Source of the DNA: a bacterium | GTDB taxonomy: Bacteria > RBG-13-61-14 > DATKZS01 | Length of the DNA stretch: 64,000 bases | Direction of reading: 5' to 3' | Assembly (NCBI GenBank): GCA_963674965.2 | Contig: CAXXFL010000002.1 | Location: 352,001 to 416,000, forward strand | Translations under genes and position numbers: made by a program | The notes under the pieces: model-generated | Databases searched by the model: none | What the model saw: only the letters and a program-made list of their open reading frames with translations | What the model was told of the DNA's origin: nothing | Shown: positions 39,628 through 49,845 of the stretch, piece after piece | Layout of the letters: the number at the start of each line of letters is the position of its first letter | How positions within the stretch are numbered: position 1 is the first letter of the stretch

Positions 39628-39771
39628 GTCCCGCGCCAAAGACCCCCCGGGTCTTTAACGGCCGTCTTATTTTCCTCGTCTTTGAATGCGTGATAAAAAT
39701 AATAAGGTATTGTCTTCAAAGCGCGGCACGGTCTTGTTTCCAAGAAGTATACAGGATGAAAGGAGTATAAA

Positions 39772-41508
39772 ATGGGTAAGATTAAAATGACGCCTTCCGA
39801 GGCCCTGGTCGAGACCCTCGCGGCCGAGGGAGTAAAGGACGTGTTCGGAATCGTGGGATCGGCTTATATGGACGCTCTCGATCTTTTTCCCGCCGCTGGA
39901 ATCAGGTTTATCTCCGTGGCCCACGAACAGGCGGCCTGCCACGCGGCCGACGGCCTGGCGCGGGTGAGCGGAAGGCCGGCGGTTTGCGTGGCCCAGAACG
40001 GGCCGGGCGCGGCCAATTTCGTGTCGGCGCTTACGGCCGCCTTTTGGGCGCACTCGCCGGTGGTGGCCATCACGCCCGAGACGGGCTCGAAGGGCATCGG
40101 CACGGGCGGCTTTCAGGAGCTTGACCAGATGCCCATGTTCGAGAGGAGCGTCAAGTACCAGGTGCGAGTGAACCGGCCCGACCGCATGGCCGAGTTGGCC
40201 CGCCGCTGTTTTTACATGGCTAAGGCCGAGTGCGGTCCCACCCAGCTTAATATTCCTCGGGACTATTTCTACGGCGTTTGTGAGGATGAGATATACGAGA
40301 CCCCCGCGGTAAAGCGCGGTCCCGGCGCTCGCGACCAGCTCGAGGCGGCGGCCCGGCTGCTGGCCGAGGCCAAGTATCCGGTCATCCTGGCCGGCGGCGG
40401 CGTGTCCATGGGCGACGCCCTCGAGGAAACCAAGGCCCTGGCCGAGTACCTGACCGCGCCCGTGGCCAACAGCTACCTCCATAACGACTCTTTCCCACAG
40501 GCCCACGAGCTCGGGCTCGGTCCCATCGGCTACTGCGGCTCGAAGGCCGCCATGCGGACCATCGCCAAGGCCGACGTGATCCTGGCCCTCGGGTGCCGGC
40601 TCGGGCCCTTCGGCACGCTGCCCCAGTACGATATCAAGTACTGGCCGGAACGGGCCAAGGTCATCCAGGTGGACATTGACCACAAGGTCCTCGGACTCTC
40701 CCAGCGGGTCGAGCTGGGCATACTGGCCGACGCCAAGGAATTCGCACGCGAGGTCCTGCTCGCCCTCAAGGCCGTCATGCCCGAGCCGGCCAATGACTCG
40801 GCTCGCCTGGCCGACGCGCAAAAGGAAAAGGACGCCTGGAAAAACGAACTCGACGCCTGGTCCACCTCGGAGATGAAGCCCATGCACCCGAGGCGACTCC
40901 TCATGGAAATGGCCAAGGCCATACCGGAGGGGGCCATAGTGGCCACCGACATTGGAAACACCTCGTCCATGTGCAACGCCTATCTCAGCTTCACCGGGGT
41001 GAGACAACATATTTCGGCCCTGTCCTGGGGAAACTGCGGCTTCGCCTACGGCGCGGCCATGGGCGCCAAGATAGGAAGGCCCGACGCCCCGGTCTTCGCG
41101 CTGCAGGGAGACGGGGCCTACGGCATAAGCGGCGTGGCCGAGGTCATGACCGCCGTTCGGGAGAAGATACCCATAGTGGCCGTGGTTTTCCAGAACTACG
41201 AGTGGGGCGCGGAGAAGAAGAACCAGATCGACTACTACGCCGACAGGTTCGTGGGGACCAACTTGCGCGAGAACCCGAGTTACGCTCGCCTGGCCGAGGA
41301 CATGGGCGCCAAGGGCTACATGGTCGAGCACTGGGAGGACGTGGGAGACGCGATCAGGGAGTCGGTGAAAAGCGACGTTCCCAGCGTGATCGAGGCGGTC
41401 ATCCAGGGTGGCGAGGAAGTCCTGGCCGAGCCTTTCAGGCGGGACGCCCTCAACATGCCCGAGAGATACCTGGACAAGTACAAGCACCTTGTCGGAAAGA
41501 AACAATAG
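39772..41508 (+). CDS. xsc: Sulfoacetaldehyde acetyltransferase (TPP enzyme)
   Basis: MTPSEALVETL, FGIVGSAYMDALDLFP, PTQLNIPRD, GYCGSKAA, WGAEKKNQ, AEPFRRDAL. Confidence 0.88.
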   Translation: MGKIKMTPSEALVETLAAEGVKDVFGIVGSAYMDALDLFPAAGIRFISVAHEQAACHAADGLARVSGRPAVCVAQNGPGAANFVSALTAAFWAHSPVVAITPETGSKGIGTGGFQELDQMPMFERSVKYQVRVNRPDRMAELARRCFYMAKAECGPTQLNIPRDYFYGVCEDEIYETPAVKRGPGARDQLEAAARLLAEAKYPVILAGGGVSMGDALEETKALAEYLTAPVANSYLHNDSFPQAHELGLGPIGYCGSKAAMRTIAKADVILALGCRLGPFGTLPQYDIKYWPERAKVIQVDIDHKVLGLSQRVELGILADAKEFAREVLLALKAVMPEPANDSARLADAQKEKDAWKNELDAWSTSEMKPMHPRRLLMEMAKAIPEGAIVATDIGNTSSMCNAYLSFTGVRQHISALSWGNCGFAYGAAMGAKIGRPDAPVFALQGDGAYGISGVAEVMTAVREKIPIVAVVFQNYEWGAEKKNQIDYYADRFVGTNLRENPSYARLAEDMGAKGYMVEHWEDVGDAIRESVKSDVPSVIEAVIQGGEEVLAEPFRRDALNMPERYLDKYKHLVGKKQ

Positions 41509-41677
41509 ACGCAAATTCGGGAGCGCCTGGCCGCGGAATAAAGCCGAGAGCTAAGCCGCAAAAGGCGCTCCATTCTTTCCCGCGCTCGAAAAAAGTTCCT
41601 CCTTGACAACCACGCTCCGGGTGGGCCAAGATTGAGTACCGCGCCGGGCGCGAAAAAACCGCGGGGAGAGTGAAGGT

Positions 41678-42823
41678 ATGGATCAAAAAAAGCTTTGGCG
41701 GCTGGGTGCGTTCGCTGGGGCCATCGTTTTGTTCGTGCTCCTTTTGGACCTTTTCAGCGCGGCCCTTACTCCCGTGTTCATCGCCGTTTTCCTGGCCTAT
41801 CTTCTCGATCCGGTCATAGACAGGCTCGAGGCCCGAAAAATCAACCGATCGGTGGCCATTTTTATTCTAGCCGGGATCGTGGTCGTGACCATCGGCTTCG
41901 TGGGCGTCTTTTTGCTCATCCAGGCGCAGAGGGAGCTGGTTGACCTCTATCACGAGCTACCCACTTATCTGGGAAGGGTGCAGAAGTCGGTCTCTCCCCT
42001 CCTCAGCGAGCACCTGGGCGTCGAGATACCCGAGAGCTTCCATGACGCGGTCGAGGAGATTAAAAAACAGCTGCTGAGCATGGACGACGAACAGGCGGGC
42101 GAGCTGAGCGATCAGGTCAAGAGCATCGCGCCCACGGCCCTGAAGCCGGTCACCTATATCGTAACCAAGGCCACCTCGAGCACCCTGGCCTTCGTGGGCT
42201 GGGTGGTGGGCCTGGCCATTATTCCCGTCTACCTTTTTTATTTCCTTCGCGACTGGGACCTTATGAAGGAAAAGGCCGCGGAATACCTTCCCCTCCAGTA
42301 TCGCGACTACGTGGTGGAAAAGGCTAAAAAGATAGACGAGATACTGGGCGCCTTCATCCGGGGACAGCTCACCATTTGCGTGGTTCTGGGCGTTCTGTAC
42401 AGCCTGGGTCTCATGATCGCGGGCGTGGACATGGCCGTGGTCATCGGCATGTTCGCGGGCCTGGCCTTTATCGTCCCTTACCTGGGCACGGTAATAGGCG
42501 TGGTGGCGGCCACGGTCATGGCCCTGCTCGAGTCGGGCGTGTCTTTTCAGCTCCTGGGAGTATGGGCCGTTTTTATCGTGGTCCAGCTTTTCGAGGGGAC
42601 CCTGTTAACGCCCAAGGTCATGGGCGACAAGGTCGGACTTTCGCCCGTGGTGGTGATTTTCGCCCTCATGGCCGGCGCGGGCCTCTTCGGGCTGCTCGGC
42701 ATGCTGGTGGCCGTGCCTGCGGCGGCCGTGATCAAGGTCTTCGTGGACGAGGGCCTGGAGAAATACAAGAAGTCGGAGATTTACCTCGGCCTTTCCGATA
42801 AGGAAGGGGAGGGCGGTCCCTAA
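41678..42823 (+). CDS. AI-2E family transporter
   Basis: AYLLDP, FIRGQL, VPYLG, EGTLLTPKVMGDKVGLSP, AVPAAA. Confidence 0.9.
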   Translation: MDQKKLWRLGAFAGAIVLFVLLLDLFSAALTPVFIAVFLAYLLDPVIDRLEARKINRSVAIFILAGIVVVTIGFVGVFLLIQAQRELVDLYHELPTYLGRVQKSVSPLLSEHLGVEIPESFHDAVEEIKKQLLSMDDEQAGELSDQVKSIAPTALKPVTYIVTKATSSTLAFVGWVVGLAIIPVYLFYFLRDWDLMKEKAAEYLPLQYRDYVVEKAKKIDEILGAFIRGQLTICVVLGVLYSLGLMIAGVDMAVVIGMFAGLAFIVPYLGTVIGVVAATVMALLESGVSFQLLGVWAVFIVVQLFEGTLLTPKVMGDKVGLSPVVVIFALMAGAGLFGLLGMLVAVPAAAVIKVFVDEGLEKYKKSEIYLGLSDKEGEGGP

Positions 42824-42932
42824 AAAGGACCGGCGGCCTGAGCCGGCGCCAAAGTCGGCGAGATAAATTATAAGAGCGGAGTTATTCCAACTATAGCGCC
42901 GCGCCGTCCGCCTTATAAACAACCGGGAGGAC

Positions 42933-43670
42933 ATGATGGAACAGTTTGACAGAAGAGGACTGATAGGAATTTTAGGCGCCTCGGCGGCGGGGCTGGTGGC
43001 GGTCTCTTCCTCGGCCTCGGCCAAATCGAGGGACAAGGATGAAAAGGGGACTGAAGAGGGCGAGTTAAAGCCCATTACCGCCTACGAGCTTCCGGACCTT
43101 CCATATCCGGCCGACGCGCTCGAGCCTCATCTTGACGCCGAGACCTTGGCCATCCACCACGGCAAGCACCACGCGTCCTACGTGAAGGGACTTAACGACG
43201 CGCTCGAGAAAATGGCCGTGGCCCAGAAGAGCGGGAACTTCGATTCCATTCAGGCCATCTCGAGGGCCATCGCCTTTCACGGCGCCGGCCACGAGCTTCA
43301 TACGCTGTACTTCGCCAACCTCGGGCCTCACTCCGAGCCGCCCAAGGGAGTGCTGGCCGAGGCGCTAACCCTCCAGTTCGGGAGCCTCGAGACCATGAAG
43401 GCCCACCTGGCCGCGGCCACCAACAAGGTCGCCGGCAGCGGATGGGGAATGCTGGCCTACGAGCCCCTCGGCTCGAGGCTCCTCGTCCTCCAGATCGAAA
43501 AGCACGAGAACCAGATCATTCCCGGCGCCGTGCCCCTCCTGGTCATCGACGCCTGGGAACACGCCTACTATCTCAAGTACCAGAACAAAAGGGCCGATTA
43601 CGTCTCCGCCGTCATGAACGTAATCGACTGGGCCAGGGTGGAGGAAAGGTTCGAGAGGGCGCTCGCGTGA
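42933..43670 (+). CDS. Fe/Mn superoxide dismutase with twin-arginine signal peptide
   Basis: DRRGLIG...ASA leader; HHGKHHASYV, HELHTLYF, DAWEHAYYLKYQN. Confidence 0.92.
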   Translation: MMEQFDRRGLIGILGASAAGLVAVSSSASAKSRDKDEKGTEEGELKPITAYELPDLPYPADALEPHLDAETLAIHHGKHHASYVKGLNDALEKMAVAQKSGNFDSIQAISRAIAFHGAGHELHTLYFANLGPHSEPPKGVLAEALTLQFGSLETMKAHLAAATNKVAGSGWGMLAYEPLGSRLLVLQIEKHENQIIPGAVPLLVIDAWEHAYYLKYQNKRADYVSAVMNVIDWARVEERFERALA

Positions 43671-43877
43671 ATGTCGCCTCGGCAACTTGAGCCAAGGCAA
43701 TTCATTCTTCTTCTCCCGCCGCGGCCGTCTTCATTTACTTTTGGAGTGGTGAGAAAATTGTTAACGGCGGATAGCCGACGGCTTTCGGCTTGTGGAGCCT
43801 GATCGTTCGTTCGCTTTGCCGGTATTGTGAAAAAATGTTATCTTTGTTAGTGACGTCTTTGATGGAGGGGTTATAAA

Positions 43878-44078
43878 ATGTCCAAAGTCGAGAAACTTGA
43901 GCGTGAAGTCAGCGATCTCAGCCGCTCCGAGTTGGCGGCTTTCAGGGAATGGTTCATGGAGTATGACGCGGCTGAGTGGGACCGTCAGATAGAAATAGAT
44001 TGCCGTTCGGGCAAGCTGGATAAATTGGCTGAAAAGGCCCTTGCCGATCATCGGACGGGCGGGACCGAAAAGATTTGA
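43878..44078 (+). CDS. Putative type II antitoxin
   Basis: 66 aa, WDRQIEID..SGKLDKLAEKAL pattern; stop overlaps the toxin TTG. Confidence 0.7.
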   Translation: MSKVEKLEREVSDLSRSELAAFREWFMEYDAAEWDRQIEIDCRSGKLDKLAEKALADHRTGGTEKI

Positions 44079-44328
44079 ATCATTTCGTGGGCCGAGTTTC
44101 TGGGATTGCTACCATAAACTGCCGACAAAAGTGCAAAAACTCGCCGACAAAAACTTCGAGCTTCTGAAAAGAGACCCCAGTCATCCGTCGCTTCATTTTA
44201 AAAAGATTGGACAATACCGGTCGGCGCGGGTGGGCGTTCATTACCGGGCGTTGGCGATCGAAGTCCATGATGGACTTTTATGGTTTTGGATAGGGAGTCA
44301 TGCGGACTACGATAAAATTAACGAGTGA
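44075..44328 (+). pseudogene. ParE/RelE-like toxin, apparently frameshifted at about 44092
   Basis: FWDCYHKLP..FELLKRDPSHPSLHFKKI..SARVGVHYRAL..WFWIGSHADYD. The coupled TTG AAT CAT TTC start is one base out of frame with the body. Confidence 0.65.
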
Positions 44329-44427
44329 AAAGATTAGCCTTGATGGACCGTAACGCGTCAATCCTGGCTTAATAAAACATGGAACTATGCCGGACGTCCG
44401 CTTGATACGCGGCGAAGTGGGAGATTG

Positions 44428-45249
44428 ATGAACGATTTCAGGGAAAAGGTAGTGATCGTGACCGGGGCGTCGGAGGGCATCGGGCGGGCGTTTTGCCTGG
44501 CCTTGGCGCCGATGGGAGCGCGGTTGGCGCTGGCGGCGAGGAACGAGGAGAGGCTGAGGGAGCTTAAAAGGGAGGTCGAGGAAAAGGGGGGAGAGGCCAT
44601 AGTGGTTCCCACCGACGTGACCGACGAGTCGGCCTGCCGGGCGCTTGTCGAGAGGACGGTCGAGGAATGGGGACGCTTGGACGTGCTGGTCAACAACGCG
44701 GGCCAGACCATGTGGACGCGGATGGACGAGATGAAGGACGTCTCGATCTACGAGCGGCTCATGCGTCTCAATTACCTGGGAAGCGTGTACTGCACCTTTC
44801 ACGCCCTCGAGCATTTGAAGAAGACGAGGGGAAGGATCGTGGCCGTCTCGAGCATAGCCGGCTATATGGCCGTTCCCTGCCGCACGGCCTACTCGGCCAC
44901 CAAGCACGCCATGGCCGGCTTCTTCGATTCCCTCCGCGTCGAGCTGAGGGAGTTCGGCGTGTCCGTTACCATCGTGGCGCCGGACTTCGTGGTTTCCCAC
45001 ATCCACGACCGCGCCCTTGACGGGCAAGGCAACGAGCTGGGCAAAAGCCCCATGGCGGGGGAGGGCATCATGACCGCCGAGCGCTGCGCCGAGATGATGG
45101 CCCAGGCCGTAGCGAAAAGGAAGCGTCTTCTCATCACGACGCCCCGCGCCCGTCTGGGCCGTCTGCTCCGCGTTCTGGCTCCGGCCCTGGCCGAGGACCT
45201 GGCGGCCCGCGAGATCGCCAAGGGCACGAGGAGACTGAAGGAAGATTGA
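44428..45249 (+). CDS. SDR family oxidoreductase
   Basis: TGASEGIG, NNAG, YSATK. Confidence 0.92.
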   Translation: MNDFREKVVIVTGASEGIGRAFCLALAPMGARLALAARNEERLRELKREVEEKGGEAIVVPTDVTDESACRALVERTVEEWGRLDVLVNNAGQTMWTRMDEMKDVSIYERLMRLNYLGSVYCTFHALEHLKKTRGRIVAVSSIAGYMAVPCRTAYSATKHAMAGFFDSLRVELREFGVSVTIVAPDFVVSHIHDRALDGQGNELGKSPMAGEGIMTAERCAEMMAQAVAKRKRLLITTPRARLGRLLRVLAPALAEDLAAREIAKGTRRLKED

Positions 45250-45291
45250 GGCGCCGGCGGGACCGGGCCGGATGAAGGGACGATATTACTT

Positions 45292-46389
45292 ATGACCGGA
45301 CAAGGCCAGGGCGGCAGGGAAAAATGCCGGGCCGAGGGTTGCAACCGCTGGCCTCTGGGAGGGTCGCGTTATTGCGCTGTCCATCTGGTGGCCGAGGGAC
45401 AGGCGGGCGTGGTGGCCTGGCGGCAAAAGATCGCGGCCAATAAGGGGTCCCTGGCGGGAGTGTTCCTCGAGCGGGCGCCTCTCCAGGAGCTTAAACTGGA
45501 CCAGGCCAACTTGCAGGGGGCCTACCTCATGGGCGCGGACCTGTCCGGGTCCGACCTTCGCTGGGCCAACTTCGGGCCCGAGCCGGGCAGGGTAACGGAC
45601 CTTCGCGGGGCGCTCCTGAAAAACGCGAGGCTGGAGGGGGCCAATTTCAAGGGCGCCGAGCTTACGGGCGCCGACCTGGCCGGGTCCAGCCTGGAGGGGG
45701 CCAAGTTCATGAACGCGTCCATGGAGGGGGCGGCTCTCGCGGGATGCGCGGCCATGGGCGCGAAGTTCGTGGAGGCCAATTGCCGGTCCGTCAATTTCGG
45801 CTCCTCCAACCTGGGGGGGGCCGACTTCTATTTCGCCGATTTAATGAGCGCCAACCTGGCCGACTGCAACCTGGCGGGAGCGGACCTTCGGGGGGTCCGC
45901 CTTTGGGGCGCGGACCTTTCCCACTCGAGGCTGGCCCACTCGAACCTGACGGGCGCGAGATATAACGAGCTGTTGGCGCTTCCCGATTTCCTGCAGGGTC
46001 CCTACGTCAAGCTCTGGCTGATGATAAAGGGCAAGGACCACGACCTTTCGCTCGGCGCCGTCCGCCGCGTCTGCGAGGAGATCAACCGGGAGGCCAAAGG
46101 CCACGAGGAATTATACTCGTCGCCTCCCTGCCGCATGCTATACCCAACTCGCTTCAAGGGCATAAGCGAGATCGAGACCGCCTCGGGCGACTCCGCCCTT
46201 TACTATTACATGAAAAAGATAGGGCCCATCGAGCTTCGGCTTGAAAGAAGCGAGTTGGGCGGCGCGGACCGCCTCATAAACCTCGTTTGGGGGTTGACCG
46301 CGGGCTACGGAAGAAATCCGTGGCTCATGGCCTTCTGGACCCTGGTCGGAGCGGGTATTTTCGCGTCCCTTATCGCGCTGGCCCGATAG
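45292..46389 (+). CDS. Pentapeptide repeat protein with N-terminal Cys/His finger and C-terminal TM
   Basis: A(D/N)LxX repeats; CRAEGC...YCAVH; ends WGLTAGYGRNPW plus a hydrophobic helix. Confidence 0.85.
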   Translation: MTGQGQGGREKCRAEGCNRWPLGGSRYCAVHLVAEGQAGVVAWRQKIAANKGSLAGVFLERAPLQELKLDQANLQGAYLMGADLSGSDLRWANFGPEPGRVTDLRGALLKNARLEGANFKGAELTGADLAGSSLEGAKFMNASMEGAALAGCAAMGAKFVEANCRSVNFGSSNLGGADFYFADLMSANLADCNLAGADLRGVRLWGADLSHSRLAHSNLTGARYNELLALPDFLQGPYVKLWLMIKGKDHDLSLGAVRRVCEEINREAKGHEELYSSPPCRMLYPTRFKGISEIETASGDSALYYYMKKIGPIELRLERSELGGADRLINLVWGLTAGYGRNPWLMAFWTLVGAGIFASLIALAR

Positions 46390-46420
46390 AGTCCGACTTG
46401 GCGGCCAGGCGGGATTGAGG

Positions 46421-48255
46421 TCAAGGCGCCAGGTCGTCGAGCGCCTTCGCGAGCTCGTCTATCCGGAAGGGCTTTTTAACGAACCCCTTGAAGCCGTGCT
46501 CCTTGAACTGGGCCATGACCGGGTCGTTGGAATAACCGCTGGCGATGATGATCTTTGCCGACGGGTCGATCTCCCTCAGATTTTTCGCCACCTCGAGTCC
46601 TCCCATGCCGCCGGGTATGGTCAGGTCGGTAATTACCGCGTTGAAAGGCTCGCCTTTTTCCATGGCTTTCCGGTAGAGGGCCACGCCCCGGGCCCCGTCC
46701 TGGGCGGTCCTCGATCCGTAGCCGAGGGACTCGAGCATCCTTGAAATTATGGCAAGCAATATTTCCTCGTCGTCGATCACGAGCACGCGCCCTTTTCCTC
46801 GTCCGGCCTTGGGGGTTGGCGCTTCCGGCGGCGGGATTTTTTTGCCGGGCACGGCGGGGAGGTAGAAGGTAAAGGTGGTTCCTTTTCCCAGTTCCGACTC
46901 GACCGAGACGTCTCCATCGTGTTGTTTGACGATCGAGTAGGAGGTGGCCAGTCCCAATCCGCTTCCCTTGGCCTTGGTGGTGAAATAGGGGTCGAAAATC
47001 CTGGGGAGGTATTCCTCGGGTATCCCCTGCCCGGAGTCGGACACCATGACCTTGATATAATCTCCGGGCCTCAGGGACGCGGACTCTTCTCGGCCGACGC
47101 GGACGTTTTCGGCCTTTACGCTTACCACGCCCCCGTAAGGCATGGCGTGATCGGCGTTAATAAGCAGGTTGTTGAGCACCTGGCCGATCTGACTCTCGTC
47201 GATGTCGACCATCCACAGGTCCTCGGGGAATGAAGCGACGCATTTGACGTTCGAGCCTCGAAGCACGAACCCGGCCGACTCGCGGACGAGGCCCGAGAAG
47301 GACGCGGTCTTCCTGATGGGTTCTCCTCCCTTGGAGAAAGTAAGCAGCTGGTTGGTAAGGTCCCTCGCCCTGAGCGCAGCTTGCTCGGCCTCCTCCAAGA
47401 GATATATAACGTCCTCTCCCCTCTCGTCCTCGAGCTTGGCCAGAGAAATGTTGCCCAGCACTCCCGAAAGAATATTGTTAAAGTCGTGCGCGATGCCGCC
47501 GGCCAGGACCCCTATCGACTCGAGCCTCTCGGACTTTTGCATCTCCGCCTCGGCCCTTTTGCGCTCCGTGACGTCGCGGACGAACCCCTGTATCTGGCCC
47601 TCGCCCTGCCTGTGAACCACCCTGGCGCTGACCTCGACGGGAACGGCGGTCCCGTCCTTCCCGATATGCTCGCCCTCGAAAATCAGGCTGTCCCGGGATA
47701 AGAGGACCTCCATGCGCTCAGGAAGAAACTCGGCGTTCTCCGGGGAGTCGATAATCGAGAGGTTCGAGCCTATAAGTTCCTCCCGGCCGTACCCCACCAT
47801 CTTGCAGGCGTTCTCGTTGACGTCTATTATATTGCCCTTGAAATCGTGAATATAGATGGCCTCGTTCACGTTCTCGATCATGGTCCGATACTTTTGCTCG
47901 CTCTCTTTCAGGGCTTTTTGAGATATCTTGATCTCGGTGATGTCCATGCGGAGGGGCTGACGTAGGTGAAGGTACCCTCCAGGGTCATGCCCACGAAGCG
48001 GCCGGGGTCGATCCCTTGCCTTGAGAATTCCCGCCCGGCCGTGTAGCCGACCGTCATGTCGCTCTCGATTATGGACGGATAAGAGTCGGGGTAATTCTCC
48101 GTGATGGCCCTTAGCAGGCCTTCGTCCTCGCCGGACGCTTCCCGCCCGCCTCCGACGGGGGAGGGCTCGCGGATTTCCTCCAGTTCCGCCAGTTTTTCGC
48201 GAAGCTCTTTTAGTTCACGAACAAGCTCGGACTTGTTCTTTTTCATGTCGTGCAT
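46421..48255 (-). pseudogene. PAS hybrid histidine kinase/receiver with disrupted 5' part (intact PAS-HK-REC at 46421-47947)
   Basis: GGIAHDFNNIL, NLLINA, DSGQG, PYFTTK, GLGL, REC TDL. The upstream fragment is out of frame and has truncated PAS pieces joined at about 47945-47980. Confidence 0.7.
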
Positions 48256-48413
48256 TGCGTGGTCCCTCGCGGTTGTATTTTTGTTCATGGATAAAATAGC
48301 ATATAAATCTATGAGGGCGCGGAAAAAACGCTTCGTCCGTGACCGGTCGCTATAAGGCTCGGAATAAATAGCGCGGCGTCGGCTTGTAACATTATGAAAC
48401 GCGGGAGAGATAA

Positions 48414-49538
48414 ATGGGACCTTTCGATCTTGTGTTCCCCGGGAAGGTAATATTCGGCGCGGGCCGCATAAGGGAGCTTCCCGAGGTCCTTAAGAGTATC
48501 GGCTCGAGAAGGCCGCTTCTGGTCACGGGCATATCTTCCATGGAGAAGAGCGGGGCCCTGTCCCGGGTAGTGGATTCTCTTTCGGGTCTTGAGCCCGGGG
48601 TACACGGGGGGGTAAGACCTAACCTTCCCGCGGAGGACGTTGACGCGATTATCGACTCGATAAGAAGCCTCGAGGCGGACGCCGTGATCGGGATGGGCGG
48701 CGGCTCGGCCCTGGACGGGGCCAAAGCCGCGGCCTGGATGGCCCCCACCGGCAAGGGCGTATGGGACTATGTCAATGGTTTCAGGTCGGGTCGTGGCCTT
48801 CCTTTTTTCTCGGTCCCCACCACCTCGGGCACGGGCAGCGAGGTCACGCCCTTTATCATCCTTCTCGACCGGGGGTGCGAGCGAAAAATCTCCCTTGGCT
48901 CGGAGGCGGCCTTCGCCAGGGCGGCCATCGTTGATCCCGATCTCACGGTTTCCCTTTCCCCCTATCAGACGGCCTCGACGGGCCTGGACGCGCTCAGCCA
49001 TTGCCTGGACAGCTACTGGTCCCGGTTCGCCACGCCTTTCAGCGACGCCGTGAGCCTGGCCTTTGTCCCGATGATCCTGGAGAATCTGGTCCGAGCTTAC
49101 AAGCGTCCGGACGACCTCGAGGCCAGGGCCGCCATGAGCCACGCCTCGATGGCGGCCGGCCTCGCCCTTGCCCAGACGGCCACCTCCGCGGTGCATGGGT
49201 TGACATACCCTCTTTCGGCTATCTATGGCGTTCCTCACGGCATGGCCTGCGCCTTCCTCATGAGGGAGGTCTTCAGCGTCAATTTCCATCACCTGGAGAC
49301 GGAAAAGCAAAAAGCGCTTCTCTACCGAGTGAACGCCAACACCAAGGGAGCGGCCATCGACCTTTTAAGCGACTTATACGCGATCCTCGGCGTTCCCGAC
49401 AAGCTGGAGGACCTGAAAATTTCCTCCTCCGCCATTCCCCGTCTCGCTAACGAGGCCGCCGCTAAAAACATGGAGAGGAATATAACCCGATTCGATGACG
49501 ACAAGATCATGGAAATCTGGAAATCCAAGGTCGGCTGA
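48414..49538 (+). CDS. Iron-containing alcohol dehydrogenase
   Basis: GGGSALD, PTTSGTGSEVT, DALSHC, HGLTY, HGMAC. Confidence 0.9.
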   Translation: MGPFDLVFPGKVIFGAGRIRELPEVLKSIGSRRPLLVTGISSMEKSGALSRVVDSLSGLEPGVHGGVRPNLPAEDVDAIIDSIRSLEADAVIGMGGGSALDGAKAAAWMAPTGKGVWDYVNGFRSGRGLPFFSVPTTSGTGSEVTPFIILLDRGCERKISLGSEAAFARAAIVDPDLTVSLSPYQTASTGLDALSHCLDSYWSRFATPFSDAVSLAFVPMILENLVRAYKRPDDLEARAAMSHASMAAGLALAQTATSAVHGLTYPLSAIYGVPHGMACAFLMREVFSVNFHHLETEKQKALLYRVNANTKGAAIDLLSDLYAILGVPDKLEDLKISSSAIPRLANEAAAKNMERNITRFDDDKIMEIWKSKVG

Positions 49539-49845
49539 GTAAATTTTTTTAAAATTTTACATGGCGAATCATAGAATCAGGCCGTCTGGTTTGTCGAATA
49601 CGGGAATTCGAATTGGTCCTTCTCGACAAGCGCAATCCCACCAATGAGGATTGTCCATCCTAAGCTGTCTTTATTAAATGACAATTTCCTGTTATTGCCG
49701 CGTGGCATTATTTTTTCTCTTTGGCGGCCAGCGGCTTTAAAATTGCAAAAGAAACCCTTGGTAAAAGCACATGGCCTGCAAATTGGCTTTTTTCCATTTG
49801 TATTGCACCAGACGCTTATTGCGCGCCTGAGGGAGGCCGGAAGAA

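Noticed and set aside
41520-41572. GGAGCGCCT...AGGCGCTCC hairpin after xsc as an ncRNA
   Set aside because: Single imperfect stem; may be a terminator or REP remnant, with too little support to call.
49772-49787. Sigma54 promoter upstream of the large kinase
   Set aside because: TGGCCT-N5-TTGG deviates at both the -24 and -12 elements.
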